A stretch of 64,000 nt of DNA from Lama glama (lineage: Eukaryota): assembly GCA_028534125.1 (NCBI GenBank), contig CM052824.1:61256001-61320000 (forward strand), read 5' to 3'. The translations under genes were made by a program, and so were the position numbers. Below are positions 27,830 through 41,000 of the stretch, in pieces (the first letter of the stretch is position 1; each line of letters opens with the position of its first letter). The notes below the pieces were generated by a model that saw only the letters and a list, made by a program, of their open reading frames with translations, did no database searches and was not told the DNA's origin.

Positions 27830-29537
27830 GCCCCACCGCGACCCGCAGAGGTGGTCGGAAACGAGGGATGCTGGGCCGAGCTCGACGCGGGCCGGCTGGA
27901 CGTGCTGCCGGACACGGGCCCAACCCTTCTGACTCCTGGGGTTAGCTTTTTTAAAACCTTTAAAAGGAAAACAGAAACCAGAGTGTGTGGTTTGGATTTG
28001 GAGGAGACATGGGGTTCCCAGCCCCTGTTCTCGTCCTGGGGTCTGTCAGGGGCTGTGGGGCTCTGTGTCCATGAGGAGGCTGCACGCTTTGGTTTTATAG
28101 CTTATTTCCTGTATTATCTTTTGAACCTGTTTTAGTAACCTGTTTTTCATTTTATTAGATTTGGTCACTTAAAAATATAAAACTCCATGCCTATCCAACA
28201 CTGCGTGCATTCTTGGTCTTGGGGACCCTGACTTAGCAGGCAGAGGCTGGCGTCTCGAGGGGCATGGCGGGGGCGCCCGGGGCCAGCTGGCCAGGGACAG
28301 CACGGCAGGTCGGGGACCTGGGCTTTGGTCTCGGCATTTAAAACACGTTTGTGTTCACTTAGAACAAAGCAGGTTCTAATGCGCGTGTGCTTCGCTTTGC
28401 TGAAGCTGACAATCTGCTTACTTTCAGTGACCACAAGCTGTCGTCTTAACGCATCGGGCTGAGCTGCCTGGCCCTCTTGGTCATGCTGCCGGCTTCCCCT
28501 CACCCCGCAGCCTCCTCCAGGCTCCTGCGTGCTGCAGGGGTCTTTCGGTTCCTGCGCTGGTGGAGGGTGGAGACCCCCAGCAGCCCCATGGGGCCCCACC
28601 CTCCAGGCAGGCTCTGTACACTTGGGGCTTCCCTTACACTTGGTCCAGATCTTTGGTTTGCCCTAAAGATAGGCTCGCACATTCCTTTTCACAGCTGATC
28701 CATGTCAGGTTCCTTGAAGACGACGTGGGGGACTGGGCGTCAGAGGGAGAAGCTACTGGGAAGGATGCGGCTGGGTTCAGGGCAGAGCCGGCGGGCTTCG
28801 TCTCAGATTTGGGACCTGTGATTCCCTGGATTGCCGATGTCTTCCTGGTCCACGTCTCTGCTTAATGAGTTCACCTGCACGGTGTTTGGAAGGTGCTGTG
28901 TCTGGGAGCCACCGGATGAGATGCTGTGACCTCGCTCTGGAGGCTGGCAGGAAACAGCAGTGTAGCTGGGCGACTGTGCATTCTTGACATTCTTTATTTT
29001 TGGATCAATTTATTTAAAATTGCTCTTTGATTTACCACTTGTGTGTATTCAGCCTGCTTTTGTGAAAAGTTTTTCATTATATCTTTGTTCCTAAATTTTG
29101 TGCTCTTGGAGTCTTGAAACGTGACTGCCTCTCGGCCCCGCACTGGGGTAGCCTGTGGGCGGGCGCTGGCTTGGCCTGTGGGCGCCTCAGGCACTGTGTC
29201 TGCCACTGCACTGGCGTCCTGTGACCAACAGTGGACCCTGGTGGCGGTGCTGCACTGCTGGGCCCAGATCCCCACGTGTGTGGCTCTGCCAGGCTGTGCT
29301 GGACGCTGGACCTCACCTCTGTCCGCTGCCGGCTTGTCCAGACACTCCCATGTTTCCTGAGGCTCTTCCTTGGGAGTCAGAATGTTTAGCAAATAGAGTT
29401 AACTTGATAAACGTTGTTTTTCTTCTATGTGTGAAATCTCAACTTTTAAAAACCCTTGGTCAGCCATGGGAGCAGATCCGAGCTGTACAGAGCCTTCCCC
29501 TGGCGCCCATGGCAGCTTGCTGTCTGACGTGACCCGA

Positions 29538-29543
29538 AATAAA
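29538..29543 (+). terminator. Candidate UBE2J2 polyadenylation signal
   Basis: First AATAAA I found after the stop, about 1.7 kb downstream, following U-rich 3'UTR blocks. Confidence 0.55.
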
Positions 29544-30749
29544 AGATCTTGTCCCGTTGGGCCTGTGTCTCTCCCCTAGAAGTCCCCTATGCCCGGGTTT
29601 GAGGGTTCGTCCGCTCCTGGGTGCAGGGAGTGAGTGGGGGCCGGGCTGGGGGCTACAATGTCCCTTCCTCCTCGGGGAGTCAGGGTATCAGGATCTTGGG
29701 TTCCGGGCCGGGTGGGTGAGGAGGACCCGCAGCTGTCCTGAGCCTTTCCTCCGTGGGGCAGTTGGTGGCTGTGGCCGGAAGGTGTGGACGACTTTAGAGG
29801 CTCTCTTTGGTTGTTACCTGGGTGGTCCAGCACCCGCTGGGGTGGTGCCGGGTCCCGGAGGACCAACCCCTGCTGTTGGTCTCCTAGGAGGAGGCTAGCA
29901 CAGCTGCAGTGTCCACAGGCTGCCTGTCACGACTGCGAATTGCCAGCGGCACACTCAGGTCACCAGGATGCAGGTCACGTCGAGGGTTCCAGCCCGGTGG
30001 GGCACAGAGGGGTCTTCCGCAACGTGACCTGAAGGCACAGACTTGCCTGCCAGACACTTGCAGGAGCTGAGACTTTAAGAATGAGCTCAGGATTCCCTGG
30101 GACTGGCCACTGTTGTAGAGGTGGCCGCCTCTACCTGAGCCAGGAGGGAGGATACGTGTTCTTGGGGGGACGGCACTCATATGGTCCCCACCTGGCTCAT
30201 CTCTGGGGCGGCCCAGCCCTTAGCTGCCAACCGTGGGCGTGGCTTGTGGCTGGGGTCTCCTGACCCGTGGGTCTTGGTGGGGTGCATCCCCATCCTGAAG
30301 GGGCAGGGTAGGGGGTCTGGGGAGGCACAGCCCCTCCCCTTGGGCAGTGGAAGTGGGAGGCGGGTGGTCAGCGGGGGTTCCGCCCCCATCCACGCCCCTG
30401 GGCTGGCCTGGGAGCCCCAAGAGGCTGAGGATCATCCCACGTGAGCCTTCCCTGTTGGAGCCCGCCAGCTCTGGGGAGGAGGGGAGGATTTATTTGGCGG
30501 CCGCAAGGGCGGCAAGGGCACTGCTCGCGAGGAGAGAGAGTGGAGATCGGCAGAGCCTGCAGGGACGGGACAGGACGGGAGTGCGTCCTACGGCCTTGTG
30601 AGGCAGCCCCCACTCGTCCTGTGCAGACATGCACCCGTGGCGGCCAGGTGTCCCCCGGGGCTGCGCCCCTATGCTGGGGCTCTGAGTGCGTCCTGGCGCC
30701 TGGGCTCACAGCACTGCACTGCCGCCAGGGTCCAAAGCCTCCAGTCAAC

Positions 30750-33700
30750 ATGCGCTGGGCTTGGGCCACCGCCATGGCCCTCCTCTGGCCGCAGCTCGAG
30801 CTCCTCAGGGTCGTCGGGGCACGGCAGGAGCCCAAGAGGCTGCGGCAGCCTGGCCAGCGCCTGGTGTCCCCCAACGCCACCATGTCCAGCAGCGAGGGGC
30901 TACCAGGCTTCCCCAAGGTATGCGTGATCCAGGCGCACGTGGGCATCATCCTCCCCCAGCAGGCTGTGCCCGCGGGGCTCTCCTCTCTGGGCCTTCCTCC
31001 CTGTCTGTGTGGGGTGGGGCTTTGGGCAGGAACCACAGCAGCAGAGCCTAGGGAGGGGCTGAGGGAGCAGAGGGGCTTCTCAGCTGGGCTACCCTGAACC
31101 CTTTGAAGCCCCGAGCAACCTGCTGCCATTAGGTGTAACGGCACTCGGGGAGGAGCCCCAGGCAGCTGGCTCAGACCCCCGCTGGAGCCTGGGTGCCCCA
31201 CCACTCCCGCTGCAGCTGCTGCCGCCAGGGGAGGCCCAGGCTCCTGGGACCCTGTGCTTCCTGGAGGTCCCTGCCCTGACCCCCTGCTGGGTAGCCAGCA
31301 CCCACTATGGCCTCTGGCAGGGGATGTGCTCCAGGCCTGAGAGTCCTCCAGTTTCAGCCTGCCCCTGGGGTCCCCTCTGAGAGGAAACTGAGCCCTAGGT
31401 CTCCACACTCCTGGGCTGGGGATCGCCTGAGGGGTCCTGGAGCTGACTGCAGCAGCACAGGCCTGCCGGTTGCTGGACTAGGAGAGGAACCAGGCCCCCT
31501 GCCAGCCCCCAAGCCTTTGATCCTGGGCTGCTGCCTCCCAAGGGCGTCTCCGTGGCGGCCAGCCCGGCTGCTCTCAGCCCACGCGGCCCGCTGGAGCCCG
31601 AGGCCCTGTTTTCCAGATGGGCAGGCTGAGGAGAGTGAGTCCTCGGGCCCTGCAGGCAGGGAAGGGTGGGTGGCCAGCTGGTTTGGGGGCAGGCATGGAA
31701 GGTCTTGGGCAATCCCTGCCAGTCTCCCAGGGGAGGGGTCCTTGGTGGCAGTTTCCACCCTGCCGGCACCCCGTGCCCCTGCCCTGTGGCAAACAGGTGG
31801 ACTTCTGTCCAGGAGGGGCCTCCGTGGGGGCTGTCCCAGGCCATGCGGCACTCGCCCAGGATGGCCTGCCCCAGACTTCTGGACGCCTGCCCTTCCTGTT
31901 GTGGGTGGCTCCTCCTCCACCTGCCCCCTGGGCCCTCAGACGTGGCTAGGGTCGGTGGCGGCCAGAGGAACAGGCAGACAGCAGCGGTGCGAGGACCGGA
32001 ACATTCGAAAGCTCTTGGCTCCTCTCCCTTCCCCGTTGGGGCCTAGGTCAGGGTGGGAGGTGCTCCCACCCCCCTCCCCCCCGAGCCCTCCAGGGTAAAG
32101 GCCTGTCTGGTTTGCTGGGAAGGAACCTTAGTCTGCCCAGGAGCCAGCCCTTTGTTGTGTTTGGGGCTGAGGACTGGCCACTGGACTGGACCTGGGCCAG
32201 GACCCCTTGGCTTGCCCTGCCTGGATGGCACTCCAGAGTGGCCTTGTAGCAGTGGCTGTCTCCTGCCAGGCCAGTGTCTACTATGCTCCTGGCCATTTTG
32301 TGGACTTCCTGTTTGAGCTTGGCATGCGGACCGGGCTCATGCCCCCTTACTTAGCATGCTGTCTCCTCCTCTGACTTTGGGTCTGGGGTGCTCCTGCCTC
32401 TCCCGTGGTCCTGGTGCAGAAACAGGGCTTAGAAGGCATGATTGGAGGGCTGGGCCACGTCTCAGGTCAGCTTGGCCATGCCCTTCTCGGCCCCTGCTCC
32501 AACAGCAAGGTGGCCAGGGTCCGAGGCTGAGGAGCAGGGCCAGCTGGCGTGCCAAGGCTGCCAGCTTGCACACTCAGTGCTCAGTACAGAGTAGGGCCTG
32601 TGACCATTCCTCCCTGGACCAGTGTGGCTCTGGAGCTCCAGGGAAGGCCCCTAGAAAACTTGCCCCTGCCCACCACTGCCTGCCTCTGCCCTATGTGTCC
32701 ATGTGTGTGCCCATCTGCTCGGAAACAGGGTGCAGCAGGAGAGGCTGAGGTTGCTCCAGCACAGAACCAGACCCGAGGTCCTCAACATCAGGATCTGGCC
32801 TGTGTCCCCGGCATGGCCAGCAGTGCCCTGTAGCCATATTCCTTGTGGGTGCCGAGTCCTGCCTGGGGCTCCTGGGCCCTGAGATTCCCCAATCTCTGCA
32901 GGGGGTAGTGGGGCAGGACCCAGCGGGGCCTGGCGGTCAACACACTAGCCCTGTCCCCCTCTTCAGTTGCCTGAGGCCTCAGGGCCTCAGTTCACAGATG
33001 CCCACACGACATGGCTAAACTTTGTCCGGCGCCCAGATGACGGGGCTGCAAAGAGACGGTGCCGAGGCCGGGACAAGATGTCGGTGAGCCCTGGGGTCTG
33101 AGCCTGGGACAGGTGGCTCTGGGTCCCATCAGGATCCTCATTTTCTCCTGCCTCCTCCCAGCGAGGCCTCTCTGGCCCCCCAGGGCCTCCTGGGCCCCCG
33201 GGACCCCCTGGACCCCCCGGCGCAGAAGTCACCCAAGAGGCTGTGCTGCGGGAGTTCCGGGAGATGCTGAAAGGTGGGCCACCCCCACACCCTCTCCTCC
33301 CAGAGGTCAGGAGGTCACTCTGGAGGTGATCCCACGCTGACCCCGAGCTGTCCCCACAGAGGCAACTGAGCGTCGGTTCTTGGGGCTGCTGGACCCCTTG
33401 CTGCCCGAGGGGATGGGCAGATGGCTGGTGGCCGAGGCCTTCCACTGTCGGTTGAAGGGCCCGGTGCTGGTGGATGCGAAGACTCTGGTAGAGCTGCAGG
33501 GCTTCCAAGCCGTGAGTGGGTATTGGGGGTGGGCCTGGGTGGGGGCCGAGGGGCCAAGCAAGCCCTGGTTGCCTCCAGGGGCATCCCCTGCGCACACTCA
33601 TGACCAACAGCGGTCAGCTTGGGGACAGCATCCTGGCTGGGCCCCCACAGGTCAGCAGGGCCCACAGCTACCACGAGGCGGCCCCCAGGCATACACATGC

Positions 33701-34930
33701 AGTGCCAAGACTTGGAGTGGGGTCTGAGGTGGCCTGGAGGCAGGGATACCCTCCCTGGGTGGGGGTGGGAGGGCTCTTGGGGCCTACGTCCCATGCACAG
33801 GTCACTCCTCCATCCTGCCCAGGTGGGGCCTGCTGGGTTGGGGCTGTTGGCCACAAGCCCTCCCCCGGGCTGGGTGTGCAAGTTGTCTCCGCAGCCTGCT
33901 CTTCCCTGCTTCCTCCAGCCCGCTGCCCAGGGCGCCTTCCTGCGGGGGTCAGGCCTGAGCCTGGCCTCTGGTCGGTTCACAGCCCCAGTGACTGCCATCT
34001 TCCAGTTCTCTGCCAGCCTGCACGTGGGTGAGCGGGGCCGGGCCAGGGTGCGCCCATGTGGCGGGTGGGTGCGGACTGGCTCTCGGGGCCCCAGGCCTGG
34101 GTCCCATTGTAGAGATGCCTCCTGCTTCCACCCCAGCTCCACTGGGGGCCTGGACGAGTCTCCACCCCAGCCTCCCCAACCTGCCCCAAAGCCCCCCAGC
34201 CCCCCCGCCCCGTGCCCTCTGCTCCATCCTCCCTAAGGGTGCTGCAGACAGGCCTGTCTCCGCAGACTGCAGGGAGCTGCAGGGCAGGGCACGGCTGCGG
34301 GCCCGGGACACGGTGCGGGTGCTGGTCTGCATCGAGTCCCTGTGCCATCGCCACACGTGAGTGGGCCCTCGTGGGGGTCACAGGGGACATCTTGAGGGGG
34401 CAGGGGACCGTCTTGCCCATGGAGGGTGCAGGGCTTCCCCAAACACAGAGGACTGTGTTGAGCACTGGGGTGGGATCACCCGGGTCTCTGGGCACTGGCG
34501 TGGGGATGTCCCAGCCCCACAGCCACTATGCCCTCCTCCTCCCCCTGCTGCACCATGTCCAGGTCCCTGGAGGCCATCTCTGGCCTGGAGAGCAGTGGCC
34601 GGGTCTTCACGGTTCACGTGCAGGGGCTGCTGCAGCTGCAGGTGAGGCCAGGGGCCAGTGGGGCAGGAGGGGTCCTGAGCCTTCGGCCTCAGCCTGGGCA
34701 CCACCCAGCCCAGCAAGTGGATAGACATTGGCCCTGTGGCCACTGAGGACCCCTGGGCCCCACCTGGCTTGGGGCGGATGCTGCCTGGTGGGGCCCTGAG
34801 GGTGGTGACGTCCACTGTGGGGTGTCTACAGGCTGGACAGTATGCCTCTGTCTTCATGGACAACGGCTCCGGGCTGGCCCTCACCATCCAGAGTGGCTCC
34901 AGCTTCTCCGGCCTGCTCGTGGGCACGTGA
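30750..34930 (+). CDS. C1QTNF12: C1q/TNF-related protein 12 (adipolin, FAM132A), 308 aa
   Basis: Exons 30750-30917, 32967-33083, 33162-33273, 33360-33511, 33919-34027, 34266-34356, 34563-34641 and 34832-34930 total 927 nt. Signal peptide, N-glycan sequon [14 protein letters not shown], collagen-like (GPP)5, and C1q-like domain ending SFSGLLVGT*. Confidence 0.96.
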
Positions 34931-35004
34931 GGACACTGACAGGGCCGCAGGGGAGCTGCCCTGCCGCCCACCACATTGCCCTCTGGTAGACCTGTGGTTA
35001 TCGC

Positions 35005-35010
35005 AATAAA
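35005..35010 (+). terminator. C1QTNF12 polyadenylation signal
   Basis: AATAAA 75 nt after the stop. Confidence 0.8.
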
Positions 35011-38000
35011 GAGCCCCCAGCCCTACCTGTCGCCTGGTCACTGTATCATCATGGGGGCAGCTGGGGAGAGGGCAGGGGCCGAAGTGTGCCATGGAGGGAC
35101 CCGACCTCAGGACACTCCTTGGGCCACAGTGTGGCTCTGGGCTTTGCCCTGAAGGCAGAGGTTCCAGCTGAGCACCCTGGCAGCCCAGGTGCAGCCCCCA
35201 GGGCCCCTGCACCTGCTGTGGGCCATGTTTACTCTGTGGACAAAGACAGATGTCTATCCAGGCCCCTGCTCAGCCCTGCCCATGGCCTGGGACCTCCCCT
35301 CCGCTAGTCCAGGGCTGGTCCAGCCTTGGGGGGGGCAGCAACCTATGTTCACCCACAGGACAGTGGCCAGATGCCATGTGCTGTGCTATGAGGCGGGCTG
35401 CCCCCAAGAGGGTCCAGTCCTGTGGGGCAGGTGGGGAGAGGACGTGCGCGCAGGCCACCTGCACCATGTGTAAACCTGGAGGGCGTCCCTGCGGCCTAGG
35501 GGCGCAGAGCTCGGCATGTGTGGCAGGGAGCTGGGGGTGGTCTAGCGGGCTCTTGTCTCCTTGGTTACCCCCTAGGAAACTTCTCGCCACTTTCTCCTTG
35601 ACCCAAAGACAGGATCAGAGCTGCCCAGATGGGCCTCTAAGGCCCTGCCTGCGGGTCATGCGGATTCGGGCCCCTGCCCCCACCTCTTGTGGCCCCTGGC
35701 AAACCCAGACCAAAGAATGTAAATTGGTCTTGGGACGTCAGGGTCTCTACAGAGTGGCCAAGATACCATCTCTGGTTGGCACCTGGGCCCTGGGCAGGTG
35801 GTCTCACCTGGAGAGCGGAGGCCAGGCCCCTGACCCCTTCACGCACACCTGGGGGATGGGGCTCAGCAGAGTCTGGAGACCCATTTCCAAGGCTGAGCAG
35901 GGAAGGGCAGGGGCTCCAGGGTCTGCAGGCTCAGGGGCAGGGGTAGGAAGTAAGGCAGGTGGAGGCTGGAACCTGAGGGCTGTTACCCAGCCACTCCCCC
36001 TGGGACTCTCCCCGCAGCCGGCTGGGTAATGAGGCAGGAAGACGCTGGTGCCAGGCGGGCGCCAGTCCATGCAGCAGCGGGCTTGGCCGCTGACCCGTCC
36101 CCAACTCTCTCCCTGGTTCCCCTGGGGTGGCAGCAGGGGCTGAGGGGCCTGGGGAAAGTTCTCTGCTTCACAGTGGCTGCAGGCGCCGGCCAAGTTTGAG
36201 TGGAATGTTCTAGCCGCCTGCAAGGGTGAGACGTGAATGCCACACTGGGGTCGCTGTTGGGAGGCTGGGGGTGGGGGGAGCGGCACGCAGTGAAGGCAGA
36301 GGCTTGGGACGAGATCACTGCCCTCTGCTTCCCATTACATGGTCCTATGTGGGGCTCTGGGAGCCCAGGCCTCCTGGGGCTGCTGTCCGGAGTCCAGCTT
36401 GGCCGCGGGCACCAGTGAGTGTTCCCCACCCACTTACGTGGGGAAACAGAGGCTGTGCATTGGCGGGACTACCCAGGTGCAGTCACTGGGATGCTGAGGG
36501 ATGGTGGCCAGCGCCCAGCCTGGGGCCTCGCTGCACCCGGGGGCTCTCCTGACGGTCCTTCAACACCAGCCAGTGTCCCCACCCCAGCCAGCCCAGAGAC
36601 CTGCTACAGGGGCTGTGATGACAGAGATCGGGACCTGGGCCCTGTGAGAGCGCCAGTAGGGAGGCAGGAGATGAGGAGACGAGAGATGAGGAGAGGAAGG
36701 GTAAGCCGGCCACCCCAGAGCTCCCGCAGGCAGGTGGCCAGGCCGGGAAGGGGTGGGCGGCGGGGGGGGAGGGGGCTGCCCCGACACCCTGGCTCCACTG
36801 CCCCCCACCACCTGGTCTGTCTCATTTTTGTCCCTGTTTCTGCCCCCTAATCGGAGGTCATTAGTCACTTAGCTGTAATTCCCCTGGAATGTGCAGTTTC
36901 CAACTGAGCCCCTGGGCTGGGGGTACAGGAGCAAAGAAATGGGGGGCCGGATAGGCAGTAGTGGCTGCTCTAGGAGGGTTGGGGAGTGAGCTGGAGTGGC
37001 CTGGGGTTTAGGCCCCAGGCCCAGACTTGCCCTCAAGGACACAGGCTGGGCTCCCAGTGCAGACAAGGGGCTAAGTGCAGGGTGAAGCCCCTCAAAGCCC
37101 ACTCCCTGCCCCAACTGCATCATTTTCTCAGCCGCACCATCTCCCGGCGACTGACTCAAGCTTCAGTGCTCATTCAGCTCCCAGGGTCTGCAGCACCCCT
37201 AAAGGGCCCTGGGCCCTGTGGTCACAGCCACCCAGCCTGAGCAGAGGGTTCTGTGGGTGGTTTGCAGGAGCTGTTGCTGCTCAAGGCAGGGGGCTCAGTG
37301 AGGGTTCCGGGGATGGGGGGCCTGGGGATCAGGCTCTTTCCCTGGCCTGGCCTCTCTGGTTTGGGAGCTGGGATTCAGGGTGGCCGGTGCAGTGCTGGAC
37401 GGCCTCAGCTTGAGCCCTGTCCCCAGGCCCCACACTGGAGCAGTGAGAGGTGCTGGGCTGACCTCACCGGCCCTTCTAACGCTCACTTTCTGGAACCTCT
37501 AGCGGACCCTTCTGCCTGCCGCTGGGGCTGGGGACTCGTGGTGCAGGGGGCTCCCGGGGGGGTTTCCTCTGGTTCCCTCCAGCCCTGGCTTCCCAAGTCC
37601 TGGTCCTGGGACTGCAGCCTGGCCGCACCCGACCTCCATCCTGGCCCCGAGGCTGAAGCGGGCCTTGGCCTGCTGGGAGTGGCCATGACTCCAAGTTGGG
37701 TCAGAGCCTGCCCCCTGCACCCCCGTCCCCCCGGCGCCCTCTGTGCGCTGTCCTGTTTGAGAGCAGGCAGGAATGGGGGTGTCTGCCTGAGGACAGTGGC
37801 AAAGTCCTCTCGGGCTTGGCAGACTGGCCCCACCTGGGTTGTGGCGGGAGCCAGGAGGGCAGGGGTGGACAGGAACCTCATGGTTCTCTCTGGGGGCTGC
37901 AGAAGGGACAGGGTAGGGGATGAGGCTTGCAGAAGAGATGGCCACCTGGCCTGGGCTGAGACACCTGGGAAGGTGTGGACCTCAGGGTGCAGCCAGGACA

Positions 38001-41000
38001 TGCTGGCCCTTTGCGGCCGGGGCCTGGTTCTGGGTCTGACTTCATCCCCTCCAGGTGGGCCTGGGTTGGGGGTGGGTCTGCTCCCAGGGCTCCTTGGGCT
38101 GCCTCTTCCTATCCTCAGCCAGACTGGATGTCCTGGCTCCTGTGAACTGGGCCAAGGACCAAGAGTGGCTGGAGAGTGTGGGCATGTAGGGGGCCTAGGT
38201 GGACATGTCCTCTGGGGGGACGTGCACCTGTCCCTGTGCTGACTCCCAGTGACCTAGTGGTGGCTGTGATGGGGACTGTCTCTGACGTGGGATCTGAACA
38301 GAGCTGCACGAGTGGTCCCGGGTGTCTGTGTGACGTGCTTGGGTGGAGTTTCTGTGTGTCCTCTACCTCTGCCCTGGGGCCAAGGCTTTCTTTGCTGAGC
38401 TGGAATCACCAGGCCCCTCAGGAGCAAACCCAGAGCAGACTTCCAGGCTCGGGAACGGCTGTGGTCAGGGTCCTTGGCATTGGGGAGACCCGCTGGTGTT
38501 GGTCCAGCTGGGGAGGCTGTCGTGTTGGACAGCTGCACTGGTGGCCACAAAACCCTGGATCCTAGGGTGGGGAGGTGCTGCTGCCCGGGGCCTGGAGCCG
38601 GACTCACAGTGATGGGTGATGGCAGCGGCGAGGGGGGCTCCCACCCCCTGTCCTGGGAAGCTCCTTGGGGGCAGCAGGAAGCCTCACTCCTCCCAGGCCT
38701 CCAGACTGCACGCAGAGCTCTGACCTAGGACCTGGCTGTGTCCCGGAGCCCTAACTCACTGGCCGGGCTTGGCCAGTGAGTCCTCTGGGCTCCGCGTTCA
38801 GGCTGCTGCAGGCCCTGCCCCAGGTCATCCAGGTGCTAGATCTCCAGCCTGGGGTACCTGAGCTGACCTGGGAGCCGAGGTCTCCAGCAGCCTGGGGTCC
38901 CCCAAAGCCCAGCCCCTGGAGCTGGGTCGAGACAGGCTGGGAAGCATGTCTGGGTGCTGGGGACACACCCCTGACCCGCGCCCGAGCCTGCCGCCGCCAT
39001 CAGCACGTCTGCCCACCTGTGTGTCTGATGGTGTGCGCAGGCAGGCCTGACCTGGGGTGGGGGCCTGGGTACAAAGGGCCTTTGTTTGGGAGCACCTGGG
39101 GTGCAGCCCTGCTCTGGGGCAGTGACTCATGGGTTCTTCTGGGGCGAAAACACCAGTTGTGCAACAGCTGGCCTGTCACACACACCTGGGGCGGTGGCAA
39201 GGGCAGGAAAGCCCGCCACCTGTGCCTGCAGTGCAGCCCCTCCAGGAGCCAGGCGTGTGTGAGAACAGGACTGAACAGGAAGGGGTGTCCGAGGGCGGAT
39301 CTCCATCTCAGAAGAGAAGCGTCTCCAGAAGCAGCCACTCAGCCCCTCACCGCCCACACCAGGCCGCAGTGGCAGCCGCAGCGGCAGCCGCAGCCAGGCC
39401 AGACCCGAGAGACTCCTCCAGACCTTCACCGTGGAGGCTGCCCGACCCCTCCTCTGGGGCCGGAGGGGCGGGCCGGGGGTCCGTCTGGGGACACGGTCTG
39501 AGGGCCAGATGCAAGGACTCCCGTCACCGTGTGCTGGGGCTCGAGCCTGGCTCTGGTCATCCATCCGTCCCTCTTGGTGTGGGGTCAGGTGGGGTGGCCA
39601 TGGCAGGGGGTACAGGGGCCCCTCAGGGGCCAGGCTGCCGAGACCCTCAGACGCCACTGGAGGCAGGGGCTGGGGCTTGGATTTCCTTCTGCTCGGATCA
39701 CCGGGCTGGGTCAGCGAGAGGTGGGAGCTGGATGAGGGCCCTCCCTGGGCACCTGTCTTTCCAGTAGGGCCCTGGAGGTTCAGCCGTTGCCTGTGAGGCT
39801 CACTTTACGGGACAAATTTGACCACTGCTCAGGCTCCCATGGCTGCCCTCTGGCTCCTGGCTCCTCCCTAGTCTTCAGCATCACCAGCACCACAGTCGGC
39901 GGACCCCTGCCTCATGGACCTCGCTGTCCGGCAGCAGGGACCCTGGGGCTGTGGGCAGGGAAAGTGCAGGGACCCGGGGCTAGGGACGATGGGGCACTGC
40001 CTGTGAGCCCAGGGCACAGGTGTGGGTGGAGGGCCCCTGATATCCTGCCGAGTGGCCAGGCCAGCGGCTGCCACCTGCTAACCCCCCTGCCCCCACTGCC
40101 CAGGCCTCTCCAGGTTCCACGTCCAGCTGCCCACCTGGCTACCGGAGCCCCCTTCCCAGGGCTGGGGGTGTGCTCTGGGGTGGCTGTCATCTCCGGGCTG
40201 CAGTGGAGACCCCTCTGCAGAGACACTTAACCCTCATCACCCCCTGGGTCCCCACATGCCCCCAATTCACCCCCACCCAGCCGAGACTGGGTCTCCTAGG
40301 AACAGCTCAGGCAGATCCCACCAGTCAGGTGGGGCTGGCTGGACCCTCTGGGAGCCTGCTGGTGTCTGGACAGGGAGCCGCACCTTGGCTGTCTTCTGAC
40401 GTGGGCCACTGGGCCTGTTGACCAGCGTAGAGCCTCCCAGGACAGGTCTCCCTGGCCCAAGTCTGAGGGGCCCTGGGGTGCCCTGCCCCAGCCTCTTAGG
40501 AACTGCTAATCTTTCCTGATGTCACTCCTTTCCCACATCTTGTTTCCAGCCCCCCAGGAGCTGGGAGGGGCTGTGCTGCATCAGTGGCGACTTGGCCAGA
40601 CCTGGGGCCTGGGCAGAGTGCGGTGTTGGAGCCACGGTCCACAGGGTGCCCACTGAGGCCATACTGGAGGTCTCTCTGGTCATTGTGGCCTGAGCAGAGG
40701 CCTGAGGCTGGCTGGCAGGGAGGCAGACAGAAGAGGCTGCTCCAGGTCACTCCCCGCCTCCCTCACCACCCTCCAGTGGGCCCCACAGTAGGGGAGGCTC
40801 AGGGTTATTGGGAAGGAAGGGTGGGGCAGATTCCAGAGACCCCCCCAGCAGAGGAGGGACCTGAGGTCCACGTGGGGTGGCGGGTTGTTTGCTCTTGGTG
40901 ACCTCTGAAGTGGTCGGTGTGGCTGGAAGGTCGCCTGGGTGCAGTGTGGCTGTGGCAGGTAGTGCCTGGGCTTTGGCAGGAGGCTGTGAGGTCTGCAAGG

